Positions 51,519-60,584 of a stretch of DNA of 64,000 nt are shown here, one piece after another. The notes beneath the pieces are model-generated. The model saw only the letters and a list, made by a program, of their open reading frames with translations. It was not told the DNA's origin and did not search any database. Within the stretch, counting starts at the first letter, position 1. Each line of letters opens with the position of its first letter. The position numbers were made by a program, and so were the translations under genes. This DNA comes from Acidobacteriota bacterium (GTDB lineage Bacteria; Acidobacteriota; Thermoanaerobaculia; Gp7-AA8), in assembly GCA_019244185.1 (NCBI GenBank), contig JAFATB010000018.1, forward strand, positions 32,001 through 96,000, written 5' to 3'.

Positions 51519-52424
51519 ATGCTGCGCATCACCGACGTCTCGAAGCGTTTTCGTTCCGGCAACTACGGCGTCCGCGATCTCTCGTTCGAAGTCCGCGGCG
51601 GCGTCCTCGGCCTACTCGGTCCCAACGGCGCCGGCAAGACGACGCTCATGCAGATGATCGCCACGGTGACGAAGCCGACCGCCGGCTCGATCTTTTTCCG
51701 CGACGAGGACGTCGTCGCCAAGCCCGACGCGCTCCGCCGCCGCCTCGGCTATCTGCCGCAGGACTTCGGCGTCTACGACAACCTCACCGCGCTCGAGTTC
51801 CTCAACTACTTCGCCGCGCTCAAAGGCGTGCGCAGCCGCACGAAGATTCAGGAGACGCTCGAGCTCGTGAACCTGCACCAGGTCGCGAACCGCGCCGTCG
51901 GCGGTTTCTCCGGCGGCATGAAGCAGCGCCTCGGCATCGCGCAGGCGCTGATCAACGATCCCGATCTCGTCATCGTCGACGAGCCGACCGCGGGGCTCGA
52001 TCCCGAGGAGCGCGTGCGGTTCCGCAATGTCCTGTCGGATATCGGGATGGGACGGCTGGTGATCCTCTCGACGCACATCGTCTCGGACGTCGAGTCGATC
52101 GCGACGGAGATCGCCATCATGCGCGAGGGCGCGCTGGTCGCGCTCGCGCCGCCGGAAGAGCTGATGCGCCGCGCGAAAGGGAGCGTGTGGGAAGTGGTGG
52201 TGTCGTCGGAGAAGTTCGACGAGCTGCGGCGCACCCTGCACATCTCCAGCGCCGTGCGGAAGTCGAGCGGCGTGCAGGCGCGCATCGTCTCGCCGTTCCC
52301 GCCGGTGCCGCTCGCGACGCCGGTCGAGCCGACGCTCGAAGACGCGTTCCTCTTCACCATGCGCAACGGAGAAGGGCGCAATGGCGCGGCGACCGCGCCG
52401 ACGAACGCGGCGGCGGTCGCATGA
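51519..52424 (+). CDS. ABC transporter ATP-binding protein
   Basis: GPNGAGKT, FSGGMKQ, VDEPTAGLD, STH. Confidence 0.95.
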   Translation: MLRITDVSKRFRSGNYGVRDLSFEVRGGVLGLLGPNGAGKTTLMQMIATVTKPTAGSIFFRDEDVVAKPDALRRRLGYLPQDFGVYDNLTALEFLNYFAALKGVRSRTKIQETLELVNLHQVANRAVGGFSGGMKQRLGIAQALINDPDLVIVDEPTAGLDPEERVRFRNVLSDIGMGRLVILSTHIVSDVESIATEIAIMREGALVALAPPEELMRRAKGSVWEVVVSSEKFDELRRTLHISSAVRKSSGVQARIVSPFPPVPLATPVEPTLEDAFLFTMRNGEGRNGAATAPTNAAAVA

Positions 52425-54001
52425 GCGAGCGTCTGTCGCGTCTCGCCGCGATCGTGCGCGCGGACTTTCTGATCCGCCTCCGCCGGCCGTCGACGGCGAT
52501 CATCTTCCTGCTGCTCTCCGCGTCCGCGTACCTCTGGGTGCCGGCGCCGTCGACCGGCAAGTGTCTGATCCAGGTCAACGGCCATCGCGCGCTGTACGAC
52601 TCGGCGGCCATCGGCATGGCCACGGCGATGCTCGGCACGATCTTCATCGGCCTGGCCGGCTTCTACGTCGTCTCGAATGCGATCCGCCGCGACGTCTTGT
52701 CGCGCTGCGGCTACGTCATCGCGTCGACCACGATGCGCGGCAGCGAGTATCTCGCCGGCAAGTTCGCGGGCAACGTCGTCTTCCTGACGGTCTTCATGAG
52801 CGGCTTCATGCTCGCGTCGATGTCGATGCTGATCGTGCGCGGCGAGGCGCCGCTCCAGCCGCTCGTGTTCATCACGCAGTACCTGCTGCTCGTGCCGCCG
52901 GTGATCGTGTTCGTCTCGGCGCTGGCGATCCTCTTCGAATGCACGCCGGGGCTGCGCGGCAAGTTCGGCGATGTCGTGTACTTCTTCCTGTGGGCGGGCT
53001 CCGCGGGCGCGGCGGCGAGTCTCATCGACCGTCCTAATCCGCCGGTGTGGCCGCGCTACATCGACTTCACCGGTCTCGGTTTCTCGATGCATCAGCTCGG
53101 CGACACGCTGCACACGCAGTCGGTGTCGATCGGGGCGAGCTCGTTCGATGCGTCGAAACCGACCATCGTCTTCCCGGGACTGCACTTCGAGTGGGCGTGG
53201 GCGGGACCGCGCATCGTGTCGACGCTCGCGCCGATTCTGCTGCTCGTCGTCGCGCGCCTGTTCTTCCACCGCTTCGACCCGGCGCGGTTGCGCGCGGCCG
53301 CGGCGGCGACGAAGCGCACGTGGATCGGACGCTTCAACGCGATGGCCAAGCCGCTCGCGCGTTTCGTGCTCGCGCTGATTCCGCGCGGCGGCTCCGGCTC
53401 GCTCCTCGACGCCGCGCGCGCCGACGCCGTCACGACCGTCGCCGCGTTTCCGCTCGCGATCGTCGGCGTGTTCGGACTGGCCATCGCCGCCCTCGCGTCC
53501 GACGCGCACGGCCTTCTCACCGGCGTCATGCCGCTCGCGTACGCCGCGTGCGCGATCGCGGTGGCGGACATCTCGTGCCGCGAGCAACGCGCGGGCACGT
53601 CCGCGCTCGTCTTCGCCGCGCCGCATCTGCGCCAGCGTTTCGTCGCGTGGAAGTTCCTCACGTCGATGCTCGTCGCCGCCGCGTTCCTCGCGGTTCCGAT
53701 CGTGCGCGCGTCGATCCTACGCCCCGACGCCGCGCTGCCGCTCGTCGTCGGCCTCGCGTTCACCTGCGCCGCCGCGACGCTCCTGGGCATCGTGAGCGCG
53801 AATCCGAAGACGTTCATCGTCGGCTTCCTCACGTTCTGGTACGTCGCGACGCAGGACAAGGGCGCGACCGCCTCGCTCGACTTCGCCGGCTGGTTCGGCA
53901 AGGCCACGCCCGCGGTCATCGCGGCGTACGCGGGACTCGCGATGCTTTGCCTCGCCGCCGCCGCCGCGTATCACGCGCGCGTGTTGCGCGCGCGCTGGTG
54001 A
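52421..54001 (+). CDS. ABC-2-type exporter permease
   Basis: Polytopic; YLAGKF; translationally coupled to the ATPase. Confidence 0.8.
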   Translation: MSERLSRLAAIVRADFLIRLRRPSTAIIFLLLSASAYLWVPAPSTGKCLIQVNGHRALYDSAAIGMATAMLGTIFIGLAGFYVVSNAIRRDVLSRCGYVIASTTMRGSEYLAGKFAGNVVFLTVFMSGFMLASMSMLIVRGEAPLQPLVFITQYLLLVPPVIVFVSALAILFECTPGLRGKFGDVVYFFLWAGSAGAAASLIDRPNPPVWPRYIDFTGLGFSMHQLGDTLHTQSVSIGASSFDASKPTIVFPGLHFEWAWAGPRIVSTLAPILLLVVARLFFHRFDPARLRAAAAATKRTWIGRFNAMAKPLARFVLALIPRGGSGSLLDAARADAVTTVAAFPLAIVGVFGLAIAALASDAHGLLTGVMPLAYAACAIAVADISCREQRAGTSALVFAAPHLRQRFVAWKFLTSMLVAAAFLAVPIVRASILRPDAALPLVVGLAFTCAAATLLGIVSANPKTFIVGFLTFWYVATQDKGATASLDFAGWFGKATPAVIAAYAGLAMLCLAAAAAYHARVLRARW

Positions 54002-54172
54002 TCAGGGGCGGTTCTGCAGGAGATCGCGAATTTGGATCAGCAGCACCACCTGCTGCTTCGAGTAGAACCAGATGCGACCTAACGCCACGAGCGGGTAGAG
54101 AGCGACGATGATTGCGATCACGACGCCGAAGCAACCAAAGCCGGCGAACGTTTGCGCGAACGAGTCGTCCAT
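54002..54172 (-). CDS. Small single-TM protein (56 aa)
   Basis: AAGGAG RBS; hydrophobic core; IRDLL tail. Confidence 0.6.
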   Translation of the reverse strand: MDDSFAQTFAGFGCFGVVIAIIVALYPLVALGRIWFYSKQQVVLLIQIRDLLQNRP

Positions 54173-54353
54173 GCGTGATCTCCTTTTTATGCGCGGGAGT
54201 TTCACTGTACGACACGCACTGGCGTGGAAAGTGGCGCTGCTCTCGTCGATGCTCGTCGCCGCCGCGCTCCTCGTTCATCTCGACCGTACGCGCGTCAATC
54301 GTGCGACCCGGCTCCGCGCTGGTGAGCAGTATTAGGTAGGGATTTCCTTCCGG

Positions 54354-54385
54354 ATGAACCTCCTTTAGCGAGGAGGTGCTTCATG
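54354..54385 (+). promoter_or_regulatory. RBS-sequestering hairpin upstream of the oxidase gene
   Basis: ACCTCCT (54358-54364) pairs with AGGAGGT (54371-54377); flanks ATGA/TCAT extend the stem over the start codon. Confidence 0.5.
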
Positions 54386-56668
54386 TTGTGGAGAGGAATC
54401 CGGCGACTCGCCGTCGTGAGCGTGTTCCTGTTCGCGGTCTCGTCGTTCGCGGGTGAAGACATCACGCCCGGCTGCAGGCTGCCGGCGCACACGCCGACGA
54501 CGCCGCCGAAAGAGCAGGTCGGGATGTGGAAGACGGTCTTCCCTGCCGAGGGGAGCGCGGCCATCCGGCAGATCCTGGGGATGCAGACCGTGCACAACGT
54601 CATGCTGCCGTCGGGGAAGATCCTCATCGTCAGCGGCAGCAGCTGGCGCAACAAGGATCTCAAGCCGACCGACTATTGGCCGCTGAATCCGTCGCCGACC
54701 TCGCCCAAAGGCGCCATCAACCGGGCGGACGATCCGTTTCTCGACAGCAAGCTTGCCGACTACTACAAGATCGTCAACAACGCCGCGATCTACGACCCCG
54801 TCGACAACACGTTCTATCGCATCCCGCATCCGGTGCCGGTCCGCGATCCGAACGCGGCAGGGCACTTCGCGCCGGACGATCTCTTCTGCACCGGGCACCA
54901 GCATCTGCGCGACGGCAACGTGCTGTTCGCGGGCGGCACGCAGTACTACTCGCCGTTCCGCACCGGCAACAACTCCACGTGGATTTTCGACTGGAAGAAA
55001 GAGCTCTCCATCGACTGGCGCCGCGTCGACTGGCGGCAGATTCCCGCGGCGGGCAGCACGCCGTGGAACTTCGCCGGCTTCATGGAGCGCGGGCGCTGGT
55101 ACGCGAGCCTGCTGCCGCTGCTCGACGGACGCCTCGCCGTGTTCAGCGGCTTCGTCGGCTTCGATCCGCCGAAGAATCCCGACATGTACCAGTTCGAGAT
55201 CAACTATCTCGTCGAGTTCTTCGACTCGTCGCGGTTCGATCCGAACAATCCGAAAGCGGCGTGGCGCTCGGTCGACGTGAAGTCGACGCCGAACAGTCCG
55301 TTCACGATCGAGATCAATCCGACGTTCACGCCGACGCCCGGCACGACGTCGTGCTTTCCGCCCGCGCCGACCGCGGAGCAGTGCGTGAAGGACAACCGCT
55401 ACGACGCGTTCAAGCTCTATCCCGAAAACTATCTCCTGCCCGACGGCCGCATCTATCTCACGCGCGAAGGCGACTGGGTCAGCCTGCGCACGTGCGACAC
55501 GCACTTCATGCGCCGCACGAAGAACACGTACTTTGCGCGCGTGACCGGCACGCGCGACGCGCCGGGCATGACGTTCGAGCGCGGCCCCGATCGCGCGGAA
55601 GAGATCACCTCGTACGGCACGTCGCTCTGGGATCCGAACTCGAACCTCATCAGCATCCTCGGCGGACAGCCGACGTCACCGGGCGTGCTCTATCCGATCA
55701 ACGCCGACGAGCCGTCGCATTTCGCGGGCGGACGCGGCAGCCGCAAGATCGAAACCTTCCATCCGTCGCCCACCGATCCCACCGGCGGCAAGTGGACGCT
55801 CGAACCGAACTTCCTCGGCGACGATCCGAATGAAGACCGCACCATGCATTACTCGATCATCCTGCCGACGAAGCAGGTGCTGATCATCAACGGCGGGAAC
55901 TTCGACTTCTACGGCCCCGTCTTCGATCCGATCCTGCTCACGCCGCAATACAAAGCGGGCGTCTTCAGCGGCTACAAACGCGAGCTGATGGCGGCCGCGC
56001 TCGAGCCGCGCTACTACCACAACTCCGCGATGCTGCTCCCCGACGGCAACATCTTCGTCTCCGGCGGCAACACCGCGCGCGCCACGTACATCACGCGTCC
56101 GATTCCGCCCGCCGATCCGAATCGCGTCGGGCAGCCGAAGCCCGACCTCGACTCCGCCGACATCGACGTCTACTTCTGGAACGACGGCCCGATGGCGAAG
56201 ACGCAGAAGGGCCTGCTCACGAATCCGACCGAAGATTGGGTCGCGGAGATTTACAGCCCGCCGTATCAGTTCATCGACGGCGACCGGCGCGCCGTCATCG
56301 ACTTCATCTATCCGTACCCGAGCGTGCCCTACAAAACGAAGGCGACGATCGGCAACCGCGAGGTCTATCTGATGCACTCGGGCGACGTGTTCCGCGCGCA
56401 CCTCGGCTACCTGCCGCAGAAATGCACGACCGACGCGTCGCTCGCGCTGATCAAGCTGCCGTCGGCGACGCACGGGTGGGAGAACGGCCAGCGGTTCATG
56501 CAGCTGCCGATCCGCTCGACCGGTGACTACACGATCGAGTTCGCCGCGCCGAACATGCGGGAGGCGAACATGCCCCCCGCGTACTACATGCTGTTCTACG
56601 TCGACTGCATGGGCAAGCCGAGCATCGCGAAGATGGTGCGCTTCGACAACGAGGCAACGGAACCGTAG
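54383..56668 (+). CDS. Secreted copper radical oxidase (galactose/glyoxal oxidase-like, AA5)
   Basis: Signal peptide; LFCTG (Cys), RWY (Tyr), RYYHNS (Tyr-His), ATHG (His); C-terminal PPAYYMLF. Confidence 0.88.
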   Translation: MLWRGIRRLAVVSVFLFAVSSFAGEDITPGCRLPAHTPTTPPKEQVGMWKTVFPAEGSAAIRQILGMQTVHNVMLPSGKILIVSGSSWRNKDLKPTDYWPLNPSPTSPKGAINRADDPFLDSKLADYYKIVNNAAIYDPVDNTFYRIPHPVPVRDPNAAGHFAPDDLFCTGHQHLRDGNVLFAGGTQYYSPFRTGNNSTWIFDWKKELSIDWRRVDWRQIPAAGSTPWNFAGFMERGRWYASLLPLLDGRLAVFSGFVGFDPPKNPDMYQFEINYLVEFFDSSRFDPNNPKAAWRSVDVKSTPNSPFTIEINPTFTPTPGTTSCFPPAPTAEQCVKDNRYDAFKLYPENYLLPDGRIYLTREGDWVSLRTCDTHFMRRTKNTYFARVTGTRDAPGMTFERGPDRAEEITSYGTSLWDPNSNLISILGGQPTSPGVLYPINADEPSHFAGGRGSRKIETFHPSPTDPTGGKWTLEPNFLGDDPNEDRTMHYSIILPTKQVLIINGGNFDFYGPVFDPILLTPQYKAGVFSGYKRELMAAALEPRYYHNSAMLLPDGNIFVSGGNTARATYITRPIPPADPNRVGQPKPDLDSADIDVYFWNDGPMAKTQKGLLTNPTEDWVAEIYSPPYQFIDGDRRAVIDFIYPYPSVPYKTKATIGNREVYLMHSGDVFRAHLGYLPQKCTTDASLALIKLPSATHGWENGQRFMQLPIRSTGDYTIEFAAPNMREANMPPAYYMLFYVDCMGKPSIAKMVRFDNEATEP

Positions 56669-56672
56669 ACGC

Positions 56673-57293
56673 TCAACGTTTCCCGCCGCGTGCCCAGCGC
56701 GCGGCGGGATCGATCCATTCGCGGCGCGGGGCGTAGAGGAAGCCGTGGCGCAGGCCGAGGCGGAGCTCGAGCTCGTCATGCTCTCGCAGCGCGCCGGCGC
56801 GGCGGAAGAACGGCGCGCACGACACGCCGAAGTCGTCGCCGGCGTCGTAGATCGAGAGCACGTGGCCGGAGAGGCGGATGTCGTAGTTCTTGTAGACCCA
56901 GTCGTTGCAGTCGCCGAGGAGCACGTAGCGGACGTCGGGGTTCTGCAGGAGCGTCGAGGCGCGCATCGTGATGATCGCGCCTTTCGACGCGCCGATCACG
57001 GTGATGTGCGACGGCGGGACGCCGCGGCGCAGCAGCGTGCGCACCTCGTCCGCGACGCGTTTGGCGTAGACGTTCACGTCCGCGCCTTTCGGCCGCTGCT
57101 CGCTCGAGACGATGAAGCCGCCGTCGCGGAACGCCTTCAGGATCGCGTCGTATTCGTAGACGCCGAACTCCGTCGACGGACGGCGTCCGCCTTCCTCGAC
57201 CGCTTTGCCGTGCACGTAGATCACGTAGCGTTCGGATTTCGCGTAGACGTGGCAGGCGACGAGGACGAGCGACAGCGCGAGCAGGCGTTTCAT
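56673..57293 (-). CDS. Exported small alpha/beta hydrolase
   Basis: Signal peptide MKRLLALSLVLVA; YVHG, GASKG, terminal HG. Confidence 0.78.
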   Translation of the reverse strand: MKRLLALSLVLVACHVYAKSERYVIYVHGKAVEEGGRRPSTEFGVYEYDAILKAFRDGGFIVSSEQRPKGADVNVYAKRVADEVRTLLRRGVPPSHITVIGASKGAIITMRASTLLQNPDVRYVLLGDCNDWVYKNYDIRLSGHVLSIYDAGDDFGVSCAPFFRRAGALREHDELELRLGLRHGFLYAPRREWIDPAARWARGGKR

Positions 57294-57303
57294 GCGCAGT
57301 ACA

Positions 57304-58148
57304 TTAACGCCGCGGACGCGTGCGCGTCTTGCGCCGCGGTTGCGTTTTGTCGCGCGCGTCGCGCCGGAATGCGGCCGGTGTGACTCCGGCATAGGCGCGG
57401 AACGTCGCGGTGAAGTGGCTCTGGGACGAGAAGCCGGCGGCGAGCGCGATCTCCGCGAGCGGCACGTCCGTCGACGCGAGCAGCGACTGCGCGTGCTCGA
57501 CGCGCAACTGCCGCAGCAGCTCGCCCGGCGTACAGCCGAAGCGCGCGCGGAAGACGCGGGCGAAATGCGCGCGGTGGACGCCCGCGTCGGCGCGAGCGCG
57601 GATAGCGTCGCGCCGCGCGCGAAGTCGTCGCGCAGACGTTCGTACGCGCGGGCGAGCCAGCGCGGCGCGATCGGGTCACGCGGCGTGCGCACGAGCGAGG
57701 CGGCCAGCTCGACCGACAGCGCGTCGATGACGAGCGGCGACAGCGCGTCGCGGCGGCGCAGCTCGTCGCGCATGCGGCGTGCGATCGACGCGCTGTCCGG
57801 CGCGAGGATCGCCGGCGCGTCGGGAAGCGTGCGGCCGAGGAGACGGGTGAGGCGCGAGGGATCGAGCTCGATGCGGAAGACGTGCAGGCCGGCCGCGGAG
57901 AGCGTCGTCACGTGACGCGCCTCGGCGGGATGAAACGCCACCGCGCCGGCTGCGACGTCGAGCGCGTGCGCGCCGTAGCTCTCGCGATAGCTGCCGGACA
58001 GCACGAAGCCGAAATACGGCCGCGCGTGCGCGTGCCGCGGCGTGCGCAGCGACGACGCGTAGCGGCAGTCGACGAGCGTCACGCCGTCGAACTCCACGCT
58101 CGCGTTGCGGCGCGCGTAATCGGCACCCGCGGGCAGCGTGTCGCTCAT
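57304..58148 (-). pseudogene. AraC family regulator with a frameshift near 57590
   Basis: N-terminal cupin (HAHARPYF) in one frame; HTH (GVHRAHFARVFR..IALAAGFSSQSHFT..GVTP) in another; adding one base restores the frame. Confidence 0.8.
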
Positions 58149-58564
58149 CGCAAGGTCTCCTCCGCGCGCGCGAAGCCGGCCGACGCGAGCACGTCCGCCG
58201 CGCGCGGCGCGTCGCCTTCCTTCACGAAAACCCAGTCGCGCGAGAACGTCGAGACCACGAGGATGTCCAGCCCCGCGTCGCTCAGCGCGGCGGACAGTTT
58301 CGCGATGAAGCCGACGCAGTAGAACGGATGCGCACAGTCGATCGACAGCAGCAGCCAGCGGTCGGGATTGACCTCGATGACGTCGGCGGCAGCCAGTCCT
58401 TCCGGCGTCGTCACCACCGTCGTCTCGCGCTCGTCGCGCGCGATCATGAGATGCTGTCCGGCATCGCGCACCGCCGCCGCGCGCGCCCAGACGTACGTCC
58501 CGGCGAAGCGGAAGGTGCTGTGATGGATCACGTCCTCGGTCGACGGAGGGATCTCGATGCTCAC
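58145..58564 (-). CDS. ACT-domain protein
   Basis: VGFIAKLSAALSDAGLDILVVSTFSRDWVFVK; GTG start inferred. Confidence 0.75.
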   Translation of the reverse strand: MSIEIPPSTEDVIHHSTFRFAGTYVWARAAAVRDAGQHLMIARDERETTVVTTPEGLAAADVIEVNPDRWLLLSIDCAHPFYCVGFIAKLSAALSDAGLDILVVSTFSRDWVFVKEGDAPRAADVLASAGFARAEETLR

Positions 58565-59135
58565 GCGGCGGATTTTAACCTTCGCACTCCTGACGCTCGC
58601 GCTGCAGGCCGGCGCGTCGCAGCGCGACGCGTTCGTCGCGGCGGCGAAGGCGCAGGTCGGTGTCACGCGCGCATACGATCCCGCGTACCGCCAGCTCGCG
58701 TATCCCGGAGGCGACATCCCGCTGAGCCGCGGCGTTTGCAGCGACGTCGTCATCCGGGCGATGCGCAAGGCCGGCTACGACCTGCAGGTGCTCGTGCACG
58801 AGGACATGCGCGCGCATTTCGATGCATATCCAAGGAAATGGGGGCTGCGCAAGCCGGACGCGAACATCGACCACCGCCGCGTGCCGAACCTGGCCACCTT
58901 CTTCACGCGCCAGGGACGCGCGCTGCCGGTCACGCGCGACGCCCGCGACTACGCGCCGGGCGACATCGTCACCTGGCGCCTCGCGTCGGGCGTGCCGCAC
59001 ATCGGCGTCGTCAGCGACGTGGCCGCAGGCGACACGAGCCGGCGGATGGTCGTGCACAACATCGGCTGGGGCGCGCAGCTCGAGGACGTGCTCTTCGCGT
59101 ACGAGCTGACCGGCCACTACCGCTGGTTCCGCTGA
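58557..59135 (+). CDS. DUF1287 (YijF-like) exported protein
   Basis: YDPAY, YPGGD, GVCSDVVIRA, IDHRRVPNL, HIG, HNIG. Confidence 0.88.
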   Translation: MLTRRILTFALLTLALQAGASQRDAFVAAAKAQVGVTRAYDPAYRQLAYPGGDIPLSRGVCSDVVIRAMRKAGYDLQVLVHEDMRAHFDAYPRKWGLRKPDANIDHRRVPNLATFFTRQGRALPVTRDARDYAPGDIVTWRLASGVPHIGVVSDVAAGDTSRRMVVHNIGWGAQLEDVLFAYELTGHYRWFR

Positions 59136-59150
59136 CGTTCATCTGACGCG

Positions 59151-60584
59151 ATGCACGCCATCGACTTCGTCATCATCGCGGCGTATCTCGCGGCGGTGCT
59201 CGCGTCCGGACTCTGGTTCGGCCGCCGCCAGAAGACGACCGAGCAGTACTTTCTCGCCGGCCACGCCGTGCCGTGGTGGGCGATCGCGGCCTCGATCGTC
59301 GCCACCGAAACGTCGACCATCACGTTCATCTCCGTGCCCGGCATCGCCTGGGCGCGCGGCGGCGACTTCCGCTTCCTGCAGGTCGTCTTCGGCTACGTCG
59401 TCGCGCGCGTGCTCATCTCCGCGTTCTTCATGCCGTACTACTTCCGCGGCACGCTCGTCACCGTCTACGAGCTGCTGCAGACGCGCTTCGGCGCGTCCGT
59501 GAAAGCGCTTGCCGCGTCGCTGTTCGTGATCATGCGCACGATTGCGGATGGCGTGCGCCTGCTGCTCACCGCGTACGTGCTGCACGCGCTGCTCACCGGC
59601 CTCGGCGTCGGCACGCTGGTGACGCTGCTCGGCGTGGTCATGATCGTCTTCACGCTCATCGGCGGCATCGAGGCCGTCGTCTGGATCGAGGTCGTGCAAC
59701 TCGCGATCTACCTCGGCGGTGCGATCGCCGCCGCGATCGTGCTCATCGATCACACCGGCCTCGCGCACGCGATCGACCTCGGCGCCGCCGCCGGCAAGTT
59801 CCGCGTGTTCGACTTCTCGCCCGACCTCACGCGCGTCTATACGTTCTGGTCGGGCCTCATCGGCGGCACGTTTCTCACGCTGTCGACGCACGGCACCGAT
59901 CAGTACCTCGTGCAGCGCTATCTGTGCACCGACCGCGCGCGCAGCGCGTCGAAGGCGCTCCTCGCATCCGCCGCGGTCGTGCTCGCGCAGTTCGCGGGGT
60001 TCCTCTTCATCGGCGTGCTGCTGTTCGCGTTCTACGGCAACCGCGCCTTCGCGAGCTCCGATCAAGTCTTCCCCGACTTCATCGCGCACCATCTGCCGCC
60101 GGGACTCGCGGGGCTCGTCATCGCCGCGATCCTCGCGGCCGCGCTGTCGTCGTCGCTCAACTCGATCGCCGCGACCGTCGTCGCCGATCTCGTCCGCCCG
60201 CGCGACGAGCGCCACGCGATGCGCCTCTCGCGCGTGCTGACGGTCGTCGCCGGCATCGTGCAGATCGCGGTCGGCATCGCCATGCAGCAGACGCAGCGCG
60301 CCGCGCTCAACACCGCGCTCTCCGTCGCCTCGCTGATCAACGGCCCGGTCCTCGGCGTCTTCTTCCTCGGCGCGACGCAACGCGCCACGACGCGGGCCGC
60401 GCTCGCCGGCATGTTCGCCGGCATCGTCGCGGTGACGCTCGTCGCGTTCACGACGCACGTCGCGTGGCCGTGGTACGCCGTCGTCGGCTCGGTGGTCACG
60501 TTCGGCGTCGGTATCATCGCGGCGTGGATCTCTCCCGAAAAATCGGACAGCTCTTCGTCGTCGCCGCGCGCGGCGGCGCGCTGA
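59151..60584 (+). CDS. Sodium:solute symporter (SSS family)
   Basis: YFLAG, ATETS, GGIEAVVW, GTDQYLVQRY, SSLNS. Confidence 0.92.
   Translation: MHAIDFVIIAAYLAAVLASGLWFGRRQKTTEQYFLAGHAVPWWAIAASIVATETSTITFISVPGIAWARGGDFRFLQVVFGYVVARVLISAFFMPYYFRGTLVTVYELLQTRFGASVKALAASLFVIMRTIADGVRLLLTAYVLHALLTGLGVGTLVTLLGVVMIVFTLIGGIEAVVWIEVVQLAIYLGGAIAAAIVLIDHTGLAHAIDLGAAAGKFRVFDFSPDLTRVYTFWSGLIGGTFLTLSTHGTDQYLVQRYLCTDRARSASKALLASAAVVLAQFAGFLFIGVLLFAFYGNRAFASSDQVFPDFIAHHLPPGLAGLVIAAILAAALSSSLNSIAATVVADLVRPRDERHAMRLSRVLTVVAGIVQIAVGIAMQQTQRAALNTALSVASLINGPVLGVFFLGATQRATTRAALAGMFAGIVAVTLVAFTTHVAWPWYAVVGSVVTFGVGIIAAWISPEKSDSSSSSPRAAAR

Noticed and set aside
56673-58148. Genuine cupin-hydrolase fusion protein
   Set aside because: Explained by a frameshift in araC; the hydrolase has its own ATG and signal peptide at 57293
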